Shown: positions 41,981 to 53,188 of the stretch, piece by piece | How positions within the stretch are numbered: position 1 is the first letter of the stretch | Layout of the letters: every line of letters begins with the position of its first letter | Assembly (NCBI RefSeq): GCF_009914755.1 | Contig: NC_060938.1 | From: the human T2T-CHM13v2.0 reference genome, Homo sapiens | Strand: one strand, 5' to 3' | Length of the DNA stretch: 64,000 nt | The notes under the pieces: model-generated | Database searches by the model: none | Told to the model about the DNA's origin: nothing | The model's input: the letters and a program-made list of their open reading frames with translations, nothing else | Program-made: the position numbers and the translations under genes

Positions 41981-43844
41981 ATTCTTCTTTGAATGCCACC
42001 ATTAAACAGTAGCATTATGTAGAATGCTACTGTATTTTTGGTCTATATATTTATAGTCACATTTAAATGGAAAATAATTAAATTTTGTATGCATATTACT
42101 GGGTGTGAAACTCTTCAGTTTGTTTAAATCAAAGACTAACCTATTGACATCAGGACACATTTACAGAATCATGGGCTAAGAATTTGGATGTAACAAGCAT
42201 GTTTACAAAGCCAATCAGGGTCACTATGTACAACAGGATGTTAAACAACGAACGATGATAAGGTAAATTTTATTTCTTTCATAAAAGAAGTTATAGATAA
42301 CAGTGGTTTTAAAATAATGAGGTGATAGTAATCACAAAATAAGTAAATTTGAAATCAAAAGATGAAGATGAAAAATGTTATTAGTAAGATAAAAATGCAA
42401 ATAGTAGAAAGTGCAGTGTTTTTGTATATGAAAAACTATAAAGGTTAATTGAGAGCAAGAACGGAAGAAAACTAGTAATGAGAATTTGGAAATTTTCAGA
42501 ACATTGCGGAGAAACTTGATTAAATTTGAGTCAAATGCCTACATCTACTAAAATTCATATGTATATTTCTCCCCTAATAAGCTTTGTGAATATTTCGCAA
42601 GCATTTATAATCTGCATGTTTTATGAGGAAAGTTAAGAAATTAAAAAAAAGACACTTGAAAATTTAAAACAAAATAGCATTTTGAGTGGATTACAGGTTG
42701 GTGGGAAGACATTATAGATATCTATCCATGGTAAAATTAGATTATATCCCTCAAGTACTTATCCAAGGGTATATAAATAATTATAATTCTATACTTTTCC
42801 TTTTATAGAGATGTTTACAAACATCTCTATAAAATCCCAAAGATTTCCTCTTTGGGATAAAGCATCATCAGGTCTCAACCCTTCTTAAGCAATGTATCTA
42901 TGTTAGCTTTCCAGCTCTCCAGAAAGCCAATTTTCTGCAAAAGTAAAATAAGACAAAGAGTAGGAATAAAATATGACTTTTAAATGTAAAAGCTAATGAT
43001 ATGTATTTTCCAGATCAGAATCCACAGTGTTTTATTTTCTGATCTTAAATTAAAATGCATTAACTTTGAAATTCATAAAGTCACCTGATTTGATAGCCAA
43101 ACATTGTATTACTGAAATGATATACTCTGATTTTAAAAAGTCTATATTTCATTGATTTACCTACCTAAAATGTGCTTTATTTTTCTCTGATATTCCACTA
43201 TACAGTAATTCAGTCGTAAATAGAATATCCTTACTTTTTCTCTGTGATTTTATAAACTTTGGGGCTCTAAATAGCACTTGTTAAAAGCAAATTAGCTTTA
43301 ACAATCTTCTAGTAGGCTTATTTTTATCCCATGGTAAATAATTGATGGGAAATGCTTTTTACAATATAATGACTCATTATTGTTCTTAAGTGTGCTACTA
43401 TCCTATGAACTATGATTACAAAGATAAATGAACTAATTTAATATTTAAAATACTATTTTCCCAAGCAATGTACCTCTTTATTTAGGTTGAAAATTGATTC
43501 AAAAGAATTGTAACTGGCTCAGTGACAACTATGAATATTTAGGTAAATTTCAGCTTTCATTTTATCAGATATTGTTTTCATTCATATGAATAGTTTATTG
43601 ATTAAAGAAGAATTGGACCCAGTTTTACCACTGAACTTGGGATAAAAAGTATGGAGTATTATCTTTGACAGTTGCTAGTTGTATAGCTTAGGAAAGTCGT
43701 TTAGCCTCACTTTCTTAAATCATTATGAAAATTTCAACACACTGACTCCCTACTATAAATTTCTGGCTCAGTTTTGAAACTATATAAAAGGTTTTTTTTC
43801 TTTTATTTTCCTTCTAAACACTTTAAGTTGTAACATGTTTACAT

Positions 43845-44070
43845 AAAGACCCACTGATTCCATTCTTCTGTAGTATTGTACCCTAGGATCCAAGTATAAA
43901 CGTATTGATATCAGTGCTATTTGTAATTGCCCCAAACTGTCCATATGCTAATTAACAGAACAGAACAAAGTATTAATGAACAGTTCTTAAACGGAATTAT
44001 ATACAACAATAAGAATAATCAAACTAGACTTACATAGAATAACACTTATAAATCTCTATATTTTAATGCT
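43845..44070 (+). mobile_element. L1ME 3' fragment
   Basis: gattccattcttctg..taccct..gctatttgtaattgccccaaact..ggaattatatacaacaat. Confidence 0.5.
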
Positions 44071-47000
44071 ATTTTTCTCTTCTATAAAACAAATAATAAT
44101 GTCACCCTAATACAATATTTCATAAGACTATAAAACATTATAAAGCATTTGATCAGACAAATTCAAAATAATTTATTTTCTAGCTAAATGCATATATTTT
44201 GATGAAAGCTATATGCTTAAGATGGGTCCAATTAAAAGTCCCATTATAAAGATTTTAGATCTAGTAGAAAGACATTAAAATTTCATGATTATATGAAAGC
44301 AAATAGAAACCTATTATTGTTACAGTCAGAAAAATTGGAACTCCTGATTCCACAAACATGCTCTTCTTCCTTCTTGCCTTTGTTCAAGTGTTGCCTGTAC
44401 CTGGTGTGCTCTAAATCCTATCTGATTCAGTTCAAATTCTTTTTTCATGGACTGTTTTATTTATTGAAAACCTATCATGCACCCAAAATCACATTAGGTT
44501 AGACTAAGGCTTTCTTCTGGTATGTCAGATAAACCCATGCCCAAAGAAGTTAATGTTCTATTTTGAAGTTTCTGCCCTGAATCATATCACATTTCCAGTA
44601 AAAATGTGATTCTCTTAAGATAGAGTTAGAATCGATTGTCAGACTAAAAGGAAAAAGAGAGTCTGATGCATATTACTCTTACTCTGATGTATATTAGTCT
44701 GATGTGTATAAAATGCATAATTGTTGCAAATTTTCAGCATGTGAAGGATAGATTAAAAATCCTGATTTTATTTAGTTCAAACGTTTTCTAAATAGGCATA
44801 AAGATGACTCTCCAAAGAAAGGACTTGTTTTGCAGCAGTTGGCACAAGGTACACAAATGTGTACCAGGTAGGTTCTCACTCCTGCAAAATAACTTAAGAG
44901 TAAGTACACAGTGATCCTGTAGAGCTTATAAGTGTCCTTAGGTTTAATTAGTAGCTCCTTCTTATAGGGTGAATGACTGTCAAATGAAGTCTCAAATCAC
45001 AGGCTATGAGCTAAAGAAACTCCTGAGATAACCAGGTAATTAGCAGTCTAGGTAGATAGCACAGTGGTTTTCAAAACAAAGAAAGCAGACTAACTTTAAT
45101 TCTGTCATACAATACAATCACACAGAGAGCTTATTTCCATTTGAAATTAAAAACTGAAACTGAGTGCAAACTGATGGATATAACATTTTTTTTGATATGC
45201 ACAAATTTTAGTTTATATGGAAACTTTTACTAAAGTGGAATATAATCTTCAAAAGTAAAATATCTCTTTAAATTGCTTTTTTTGAAACTAAGGAATGAGT
45301 AATCACTATTCTGATTCTTTCATGGTTATTATTAAAGACAATTTTGTCATTGAAAAGGAAGGAGTATAGAAACCAAAATCCATTCAAGTGTCAAAAGTGT
45401 TAAGCATGCCACTGATAAAAGAACAAACCATTTTTCCAGCTTGGCTAAATGTTAGGTAGAAACTTAAATATTGATATGGAGATTTTAATAGAGATGGTTT
45501 TGGAACTCTGTCTTGATGTTTTTTATCTCTTTCTTTGCAATCTATTTACATAATTACCTACTTTTAATGTGTGATATAGCAGATGAACAAATTTATGCCC
45601 CAACTGTGGTCATTAAAGCCAGAGGGAAGCCTGATACATTTGAAAATTTAATAGGGTCAGTTCATGTACTTCTATGTGTACAAAGAAACCAGTGACCTTC
45701 TGGAAAAGAACTGATTAAAAGGAAAAAATAATTGAGGGGTACAAGTTGGGATCAGGGTTCAGGGAAGAGTAATTTGGATTCAGCATTATTAGTGCATATT
45801 ATTCAGATTATTTGCCTGCTTAATTAAATAAGCCCACAACTATGTGCTGTAGTTAGGAGAGTACAATAATAATGTGTAGACCAACTAAAGCCCCTAAGAG
45901 ATGAACTAAATTACTTATCTACAATTTCACAGGATGTTAAAAACAAAACAGTTAGAATCCAGGATTGCCGTTTGGTAGAGCTGTCAGTCGCATCAGCTAC
46001 AATGGCAATGGGAAGTAATGTAGCAGGCGAATAGTATCACCACTTCTCAAGGCTTTGGCAGCAAACACTGGTGCTATTGGCCTGTGTCCTTTGCCCTGTG
46101 GATTGACCTCCACAGCAGCTGTATTAGACAGATGATTGCCTTAACAATAGCGAAGCCCATAGATTTTGCTTCAGGGAGTCAGAGTGGGAAGAAAATGAAA
46201 GCCAAATATCATGGTTCAGACTATTAGTTCTCTGTACTTAGGTAAGACTTTTAGTTAACTATTAAGAAGAAGTTAGCAAGGAATGAGAATACCAGGTGAA
46301 GATGGAGCTGGAGAAGATGAAATAATATTGTTTTTATTTTTTTCAATGTTCTTATAATGATAGAAAATATAAACTCAGCCAAGTTTATTACTTTCAGCTA
46401 TTTTAATCCTAGGGAAATTTCCCTTCATATGTAATATCTACTGTGTTCTTTAAGGCAATTAAGATGAGAACTAATGCCTTAGTGATGTCTATTCTGTAAT
46501 ATTTATTATTAAAAGATTTCTATTTTCCCTTGCCACATTTTTTTCCTACTGATTAATGGTTAATTTTGTAATTAATAAATTTGAAAGAGAACTTTAAGTA
46601 TTGCTTAAATGTTGTTAAAATGTAACTTTTCTAAGCTACTTTTAATCAAAGTGAGCTCACTAAGACTCCGGAATTCCACTCATTATTTTCCCCTGGAAAA
46701 AATTAAAAAACTGACAAGATAAGTATCCTATGCTACTACAGTTTAAGAAAGCAAATAAAAATAGTGTTTTATCCCTGGTTTTCTAGGATAGCTTGGGCTG
46801 GAAGCATTGTAAGTCTTCCTGCAAGAAGAAAATGCTCATAAATTGTCCAGAAGGTTAAATTAAGTGAGTTTTGGAAGAAGCAATATTTGATCTTCTTAAA
46901 TTAAAAAAAAATGTACATTGAAGTTTTAGAAAAACAAAATGAGTTTATTCCAAAATTCATTAGAAAATGGACCTTCCTTTTTTATCACACACTATAAAAA

Positions 47001-47311
47001 CATGTTCTGATTATTAATATATTATTATATATTGATATAACATTCTTATTGGCCATATTTTGCTGATAGATTGATTTATGAAATATTCCTATTCTCACAA
47101 TTTAGATTTCTTAACCCTCAATTAAATATTTGTATTAAAATTATACAGAGTGTAGATAGGAAATAGGCAGAAAGCTTGCATACACATTGCATAAGTTTAA
47201 CCCTGATCTTATATACAAATTTTGTTAGCTTTATTCTTGTCTTGTTTCCAATGCACACTTCTTGCTAGTCATCTGTGTGGCACCTTCTGTCCCTTAGGTT
47301 TGTGATCTGTT

Positions 47312-47714
47312 ATGTGTCAGGATAAATCTATTTATGCTGGTAAGAAAGATATCCAAAATATCAATGACTCAACACTATATAAATTTATTCTCCCACATAC
47401 TGTAGGTTCCATATGGGTCAGGTGGTTCTTGGGTAAACAGAGTCACTCACATTCCCAGGGAGTCAGAGGCACTGCCACAGTGTATTCATGTGATTATGTA
47501 ATAAGTACTTTCTTCTGTTGCTTAAAAATGGAAAGACAAACCTGGGGAATTACCCATGGGTTTTTCAGCACCTTAGCCAGGAAGTGTCAAATTCCTTCCA
47601 CTCAAGTTTCACTGGCCAGAACTAGCCACAAGACCTCAATCTAATTGTCAAGGAGGCTAGGAGAGGTAAGGGAGGAAATGGGGAAATTTGGTGAACACCA
47701 CTATCTTTGTCACA
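47312..47714 (-). mobile_element. Old MLT1 (I/J/K/L-type) ERVL-MaLR solo LTR
   Basis: Begins tgtgtcagg. Contains the MLT1 hallmark tcactggccagaactag..aaggaggctagga..atttggtgaaca and ends tgtcaca. Confidence 0.7.
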
Positions 47715-49924
47715 GTGTCCTTCTTGTCACAATGTTCTTCTTGCTAATAACTAAATTTATATATCTGAAACCAGCACAGTGTCTTGGAACTAATCTCTCA
47801 TCTTTCTCCATCCTTGTGCGAATTTTCAAACATTGTCTGCTTCTGTATTCTATACCTCAGCTTTTAAAATGCTCTCTTGATAATCATGTATTGGATGTAA
47901 GAATTCCTTATTACCTGTTGTAAAAATGACTATACTCATTCAGTGTCTCTGTGCTCTCTGAATTATGCAAAAATCTCAAAACAAACATTAAAATCGAGTT
48001 TTAAAATGTGTCTCTATTCTAAAATTTGGTAAACTTTCTATTACAAGTACTTCCTCTTATTTCTGTGCCCCAGAGTCATTTGGAAGAGTTTGAAATCCTC
48101 CAATAATAGATACACTGAGTTAAATTTTCTTTTCCTCCTCACGTGGTTTTCTTGTTCACAACCCTTCCTGCCCAGAACATTGTTTCTCTACTTATATGAA
48201 TTTTGAAAGTACATTGAGGAAAAAGACGAATTAAATTAAGTCAAGAGACAAATGTGGAATTTGATAGAGATTCAGTTGGTAGGTTGGTTTCCCTTTAAGG
48301 AAATTTGCTCCTGAGATTTTCATGATACATCAGTGAAGTGAAGATTTAGGTGAAATATAGGAACAGAGTGACTTCCCATATAAAGCTTACATCATGAAGG
48401 ATACAAGTATGGGTATGCTCTGAAGATGAGCTAGCAGGAAAAAAAGATGGGAGAAAACAGGCTTAGTTATGGCACCTAAACTGTTCAATCAAAAAAATAA
48501 TCACTCCTGCCTTGAAGAGAAGACAGAACTGGGGAAAATGGTAACGAGTGCTATTCTAATGAAGGGCCCTTCACATGAAAAGTAGTAAGAAAGTAGAAAT
48601 AATATTCTCTAGTTTTTAAAATTCTTAAGCCTTTACAACTTAGCCATCTATAATTAACTGAGGATATGCTTAATGCCCCATAAGAGCTTCTGTTCCTTTC
48701 TTCATGAGGCCAACTTCCTGGAAAGACCATAGTTTCCTGTATTTATCATGCAATAAACCATAGGAGATAGCTTAGCTAGTCCAAAGTGAATTCCTTCTTT
48801 TATTTTTCATCTCAAATTGTGGCCAGAAAATTCCTCTTTTGGCCCATAATGGGTAATAGAGGCCGAATACACCCTGCCTGAAATAATAACAACAGTAGCA
48901 AAAGAATGCCGAAAAAGACGTAATATTTTCAGAACACTGGACCTTAGGCAAGGAAGGAAAAGAATTGGGAAACAAATAAGGTGAACCCTGAGATTGCCCA
49001 ATCTACTGCTTTCAAGGAGGTTCCAGGCCACAGTGCAGAGTCCAGCACATTTCCTAAATTGAAGGGACAAGGCTAAGAGTCTGGAGAGACCTAGGCAGCT
49101 AAAATTCACAGGACAGAGTAACAGAAAGAGGAAAGCATAACAGAGAAGGAGTCCAGGAGACTTACAGAGGGTCCTCCTAAAATATTCAGAAAAGTTCTAA
49201 TCAGAACATGCATGTGAAAAAGAACCCAAAGCCAGGGTAAAAACAATCTATTTAAAAAAATAAGATAATAACACTCAAACAAGGCCATGGACAGTGTCTT
49301 CTCCCATCAGGTAACCTGAAAAAATTCATAATTTAGGGAACATTGAACAGAGTGTCCAGAATGATCTTGGTTCAGTCGTGGGGAGGAATGAGTTCTAGAC
49401 TAAGCAGAACGCCAGACCCACAGAGCGAGGCATAAGGGCAAGCTCCCAAAGAGCACACCATGTCCAAGTGACTTCATTGCACTCAGAACATAGCTCAAGA
49501 AACATTTTAAGAAGAAAAAATTATTCGTCTTGCAACAAGATAAAATTCACAATGTCGGAACTCCTTCAAAGATTACCAGGCTTGCAAAAAGGCAAAAAAG
49601 GAACCCATAAAGGGAAGATAAATCAATCAATCAAGACCCAGAATTGACATTGATGTTTGAATCCCCAGGAAACAAAAATTGTTAAACAGTTATCAAAATC
49701 GTAATAAAATGTAGAGCTATGGAAGGTATTTTTTAAATATAAAAAATTAGTTTTCTAAAGAAGAAAACTATGATACTTGAGAAGAAAAAGTTCTGAATGA
49801 GGTAATGGTATATTTGACTTTGTAAAATAAAATATTAATGATCATGAGGACACAGCAATAAAAACTATTCAAAAGGAAATACAGAGAGGATAATTTTTTT
49901 AAGAAATAAAAAGAGCATCAGTAA

Positions 49925-50500
49925 TGTGAGAAAGAGGGTGCCAGTCGAGTTGGTCTCCCCTGTGTGAGGCACCCATGGGGAGCCATGGGCGGCCTCTGAG
50001 GAGAAAAGTCTCCTTATTGCCTTCATGTCTTTATGCCCTGAGAGCATAACCGCTCAGAGGCATTCCACAGGTTGCTCAGGGAGATAACACTCCCTTGAAG
50101 CAGTGGAGTAAAATCAAACATCTTGGCTCCTCCTGAAACCCGCTCCCACCTATTTCAGTCCCGATAAGTTAAAGATCGTAAGTAGTTTAGACACACGTCT
50201 TTGCTCAAGGAAATTCACAGAAACCGCCACTGCTATACATCTTATTGAATGACTCACGAGTTCTCCTTCACTGATTAATCCTTTTCCTTATCCCTTCCTA
50301 CCCATCCCATCTGCCCTAAGAACAAAGAGCTTGTAAACCAATAAATTAGGCGGAGCCGAAGAGCTCTGGGCCGTGAGCAAGCCTCCAGCTCCGGTCCCCT
50401 GGACCTGCCTTTTAAATGCTTATTCTGTCTCTTTCTAACTCCTTTGTCTCCGCCGGACTCGGGGTACCCGCCGGGTGGTGTGGGTCTGGTTTCCCCACCA
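49925..50500 (+). mobile_element. LTR14-family (probably LTR14C) HERV-K solo LTR, 576 bp
   Basis: TG...CA termini with flanks AGTAA (49920-49924) / AGTTA (50501-50505). Low divergence from the recalled consensus (gagttggtctcccctgtgtgag..; ctcggggtacccgccgggtggtgtgg). Retains CpGs. Confidence 0.85.
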
Positions 50501-51179
50501 AGTTACTTTTAGGTCAACTTCAAGCAGACTACTATATGTGTAATTGTAGACTCTGAGTGGGGAAGGACAGAATATCGAAAAAAATGGAATAATAATGGCT
50601 AATCTTTTCCAAACGTGACGGAAATTATGAACTCATATAATCCCAAAACCTTAATAAGCCTCAAGCAAAACAAATATGACAAAAATTGTTTGATTATGTC
50701 ATTTAATTATGTCATAATCAGATTACTCAAAACCAGAGACAAAAAGAAAAGCTTAAAGCAGCTGAAGATAAAGCACATGTTTTATACAGAGAAGCTAAGA
50801 TGTGGATGAGAGAATTTCTCATCTGAAACATGCATGGAAGAAAAAGGTAATGAAATATCTTTAAAATAGTGAAGAAAGGTTAAGAGTGGAAGATGAGGTT
50901 ATATATGAAGATATAGCCCTTATCATGGAGACTGTTACCAAAGAGACCATGATGATGATACTCGATTCTGCACATTTGTCAAAACCTGTGAAACTGTACA
51001 CTACAAAGAGTGAGTTTTAGTATTTGTGAACAATAACAAAAACAACAGTAAAAATAAAACAGATAGGATGTGGACTTACAAGAAATGTGTCTAACCATAT
51101 TACAAATTATTCACAGTCACATTGAAGTGAATGGGGAAGAAAGTAGGTGACCTAAGTAAAATTAGAAAACAGTGTTTTG

Positions 51180-51494
51180 GGCCACATGGAGTGGGTCATT
51201 CCTGTAATCCAAACACTTTTGGAGGCTGAAGCAGAAGGATCACTTGAGCCCAGGAGTTGGAGATCAGCCTGGACAATATAGTGAGACTTCGTCTTTACAA
51301 AAAATTAAAAAATTAGCCAGGTGTAGTGGCGAGCACCTGTAGTTCCAGCCAGTCAGGACTCTTGAGATGGGAGGATCTCTTCAGTTAGGTAGGAGGTGGT
51401 TGTAGTGAGCTGAGATTCTGCCTCTGCACTCCAGCCTGGACCATAGGGTGAGATCCTGTCTCAAAAAAAAAAAAAAAAAAAGAAATAAAGAAAT
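51180..51494 (+). mobile_element. AluJ (AluJb-like)
   Basis: Dimer with poly(A) tail. 14-bp TSD aaaacagtgttttg (51166-51179) / aaaacaatgttttg (51495-51508). Confidence 0.93.
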
Positions 51495-51989
51495 AAAACA
51501 ATGTTTTGACTGCATATTATAAAGCTGAATATAAAATGAAGCAAAAAAATTAAAAATGGTATATAAAACAGTGTACTCATATTTTTCTCCATTTAACATG
51601 CAGAGCTTGATATTAACTACCAAACGAACTGTCACTAATATTCTCAATTTGGGCTCTTTTTATCCTATATTTCACACAAATGGCTAGAAAATATCTTCAG
51701 ATCTGCAGGGTATTTGGTATTTGGGGTTTTGGTGTGACAAACTTATAAACTATAAGATAAGCTATAATAATCAAAACTATTTTTGAAGAATCCTAGGAAG
51801 TACCTTCATTAAGTCTGAAGTGCTATGGTTATGATATGATCTTACTGTGTATATCAGTTAAGATGGGGGTAGATACAGGATCATTGGTAGTGAGTAGGTC
51901 TAGTAACTGATAAGCAGAGCTATTGGAAGGATGCTTTTAATCACATTACTATGGTGTGATTTATGGTGACAAAAGTAAAGGTTACCATA

Positions 51990-52204
51990 TGTATTTCTTG
52001 CTATTGAGCATTTTGAATTCCTTGTATATTTTGAATATTAATGTTTTATCAAATATGTAGTTTGCCAATATTTTCTCCCACTACATGGATTGCCTTTTCA
52101 TTCTGCTAATTGTCTCTCTTGCTGTGCAGGTTTTTAGTTTGATGCAATCCAACTTGCCTATTTTTTGTAACATAACCAGTTGCTTGTGCTTCTGGTGTCA
52201 TATC
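51990..52204 (-). mobile_element. Inverted 5' segment of an L1MA/MB element (ORF2 C-terminal region)
   Basis: ttccttgtatattttg..ttttctccca..ttgctgtgcag..tttagtttgatgcaatcc is L1 ORF2 antisense sequence. Confidence 0.8.
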
Positions 52205-53188
52205 TAGCGTAACTATAATAAAAAAGACAAAGGCTAACAAATGTTAGAAGGGACCCAGAGAAACTGGAACACTTGAGCACTGTACATGGAAATGTAAATT
52301 GGTACAAACATTTTGGAAAACAGTTTGGAGATTTCTCAAAAAATTAAAAATGAAACTATCATATGATATAGCAATCCCACTTCTGGGTATATATCCAAAG
52401 GAAATTAAATCTGGATCTTAAAGAGACAGGTGCATTTTTATGCTCATTGAAGCATTATTCACAGTAGCCCTGATATCGAAACAACCCAAATACCTAAATG
52501 TTAATCAATAGATGAACTGGATAAACAAAAGGTAGGGTGTGTGTATATGTGTGTGTGTAATTGAATATTACTTAGCCATAAAAAAGGAGATTCTGCCTTT
52601 TGCAACATGGATAAACCCGGAGGACATTATGATAAGTGAAATAAGCCATACACAGAAAGACAAATCCTGCTTGATCTCAGGGATACGTGTAATCTAAACT
52701 AGTTCAATGTATAGAAGCAGAGAGTAGAAGGGTGTCTGCCAAGGATAGGAAAGAGGAAATCCTGAGATGCCGGTCAAAATCTTCAGTTATGCAAGATAAA
52801 TATGTTCTGGAAACCTAATGTACATCATGGCTACTACAGTTAAAAATACTGTATTGATCACTTGCAGTTTGCTAAGAAAACAGATCTTAAATGTTCTCAC
52901 CACAAAGGAGAAAGAAAGAAAGAAGGAAAGAAAGAAAGAAAGAAAGAAAGGAAAGAAGGAGGGAAGAAAGAAAGAAAGAAAGGAGAAAGAAGAGAGAAAG
53001 AGGAGAGAAATAAAGAAGAAAGAAAGAAGAAAAAGAAAGAAAGAACTATGAAAAGTGATGGATATGTTAATTAGCTTGGTTGTAGTGATCATTTCACAAT
53101 GTATACATATATTAAATGATCAAGTTGTATACTTTAAATATATACAATTTCTATTTGTCAGTTATACCTCAATGAAGTTGAAAAAAAG
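52205..53188 (+). mobile_element. L1MA9/MA10/MB-type 3' end
   Basis: gcaatcccacttctgggtatatatccaaagg; ggaggacattatgataagtgaaataagcca; terminal tatacctcaatgaagttgaaaaaaa. Confidence 0.88.
52904..53045. repeat. 142-nt polypurine GAAA/GGAA-type microsatellite
   Basis: All purine except one T at 53011. Confidence 0.95.

Larger units (their letters stand above)
48810..51640 (+). mobile_element. Old L1MC/L1MD element (5'UTR, ORF1, 3'UTR pieces), interrupted by an LTR and an Alu
   Basis: 5'UTR-like sequence at 48810-49600. ORF1-like A-rich sequence is continuous across the LTR (agagcatcagt|..caacttcaagcag). L1MC-type 3'UTR (catttgtcaaaacc..actgtacactacaaagagtga). Confidence 0.7.

Noticed and set aside
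44848-44865. 8-bp hairpin ggtacaca-aa-tgtgtacc and similar 5-7-bp stems elsewhere
   Set aside because: Within chance expectation for 64 kb of AT-rich DNA.
50340-50480. CpG-rich patch as a gene CpG island
   Set aside because: Short and fully explained by the young LTR.
52787-53092. K/E/R-rich and F/L/S-rich ORFs
   Set aside because: Translations of the GA microsatellite.
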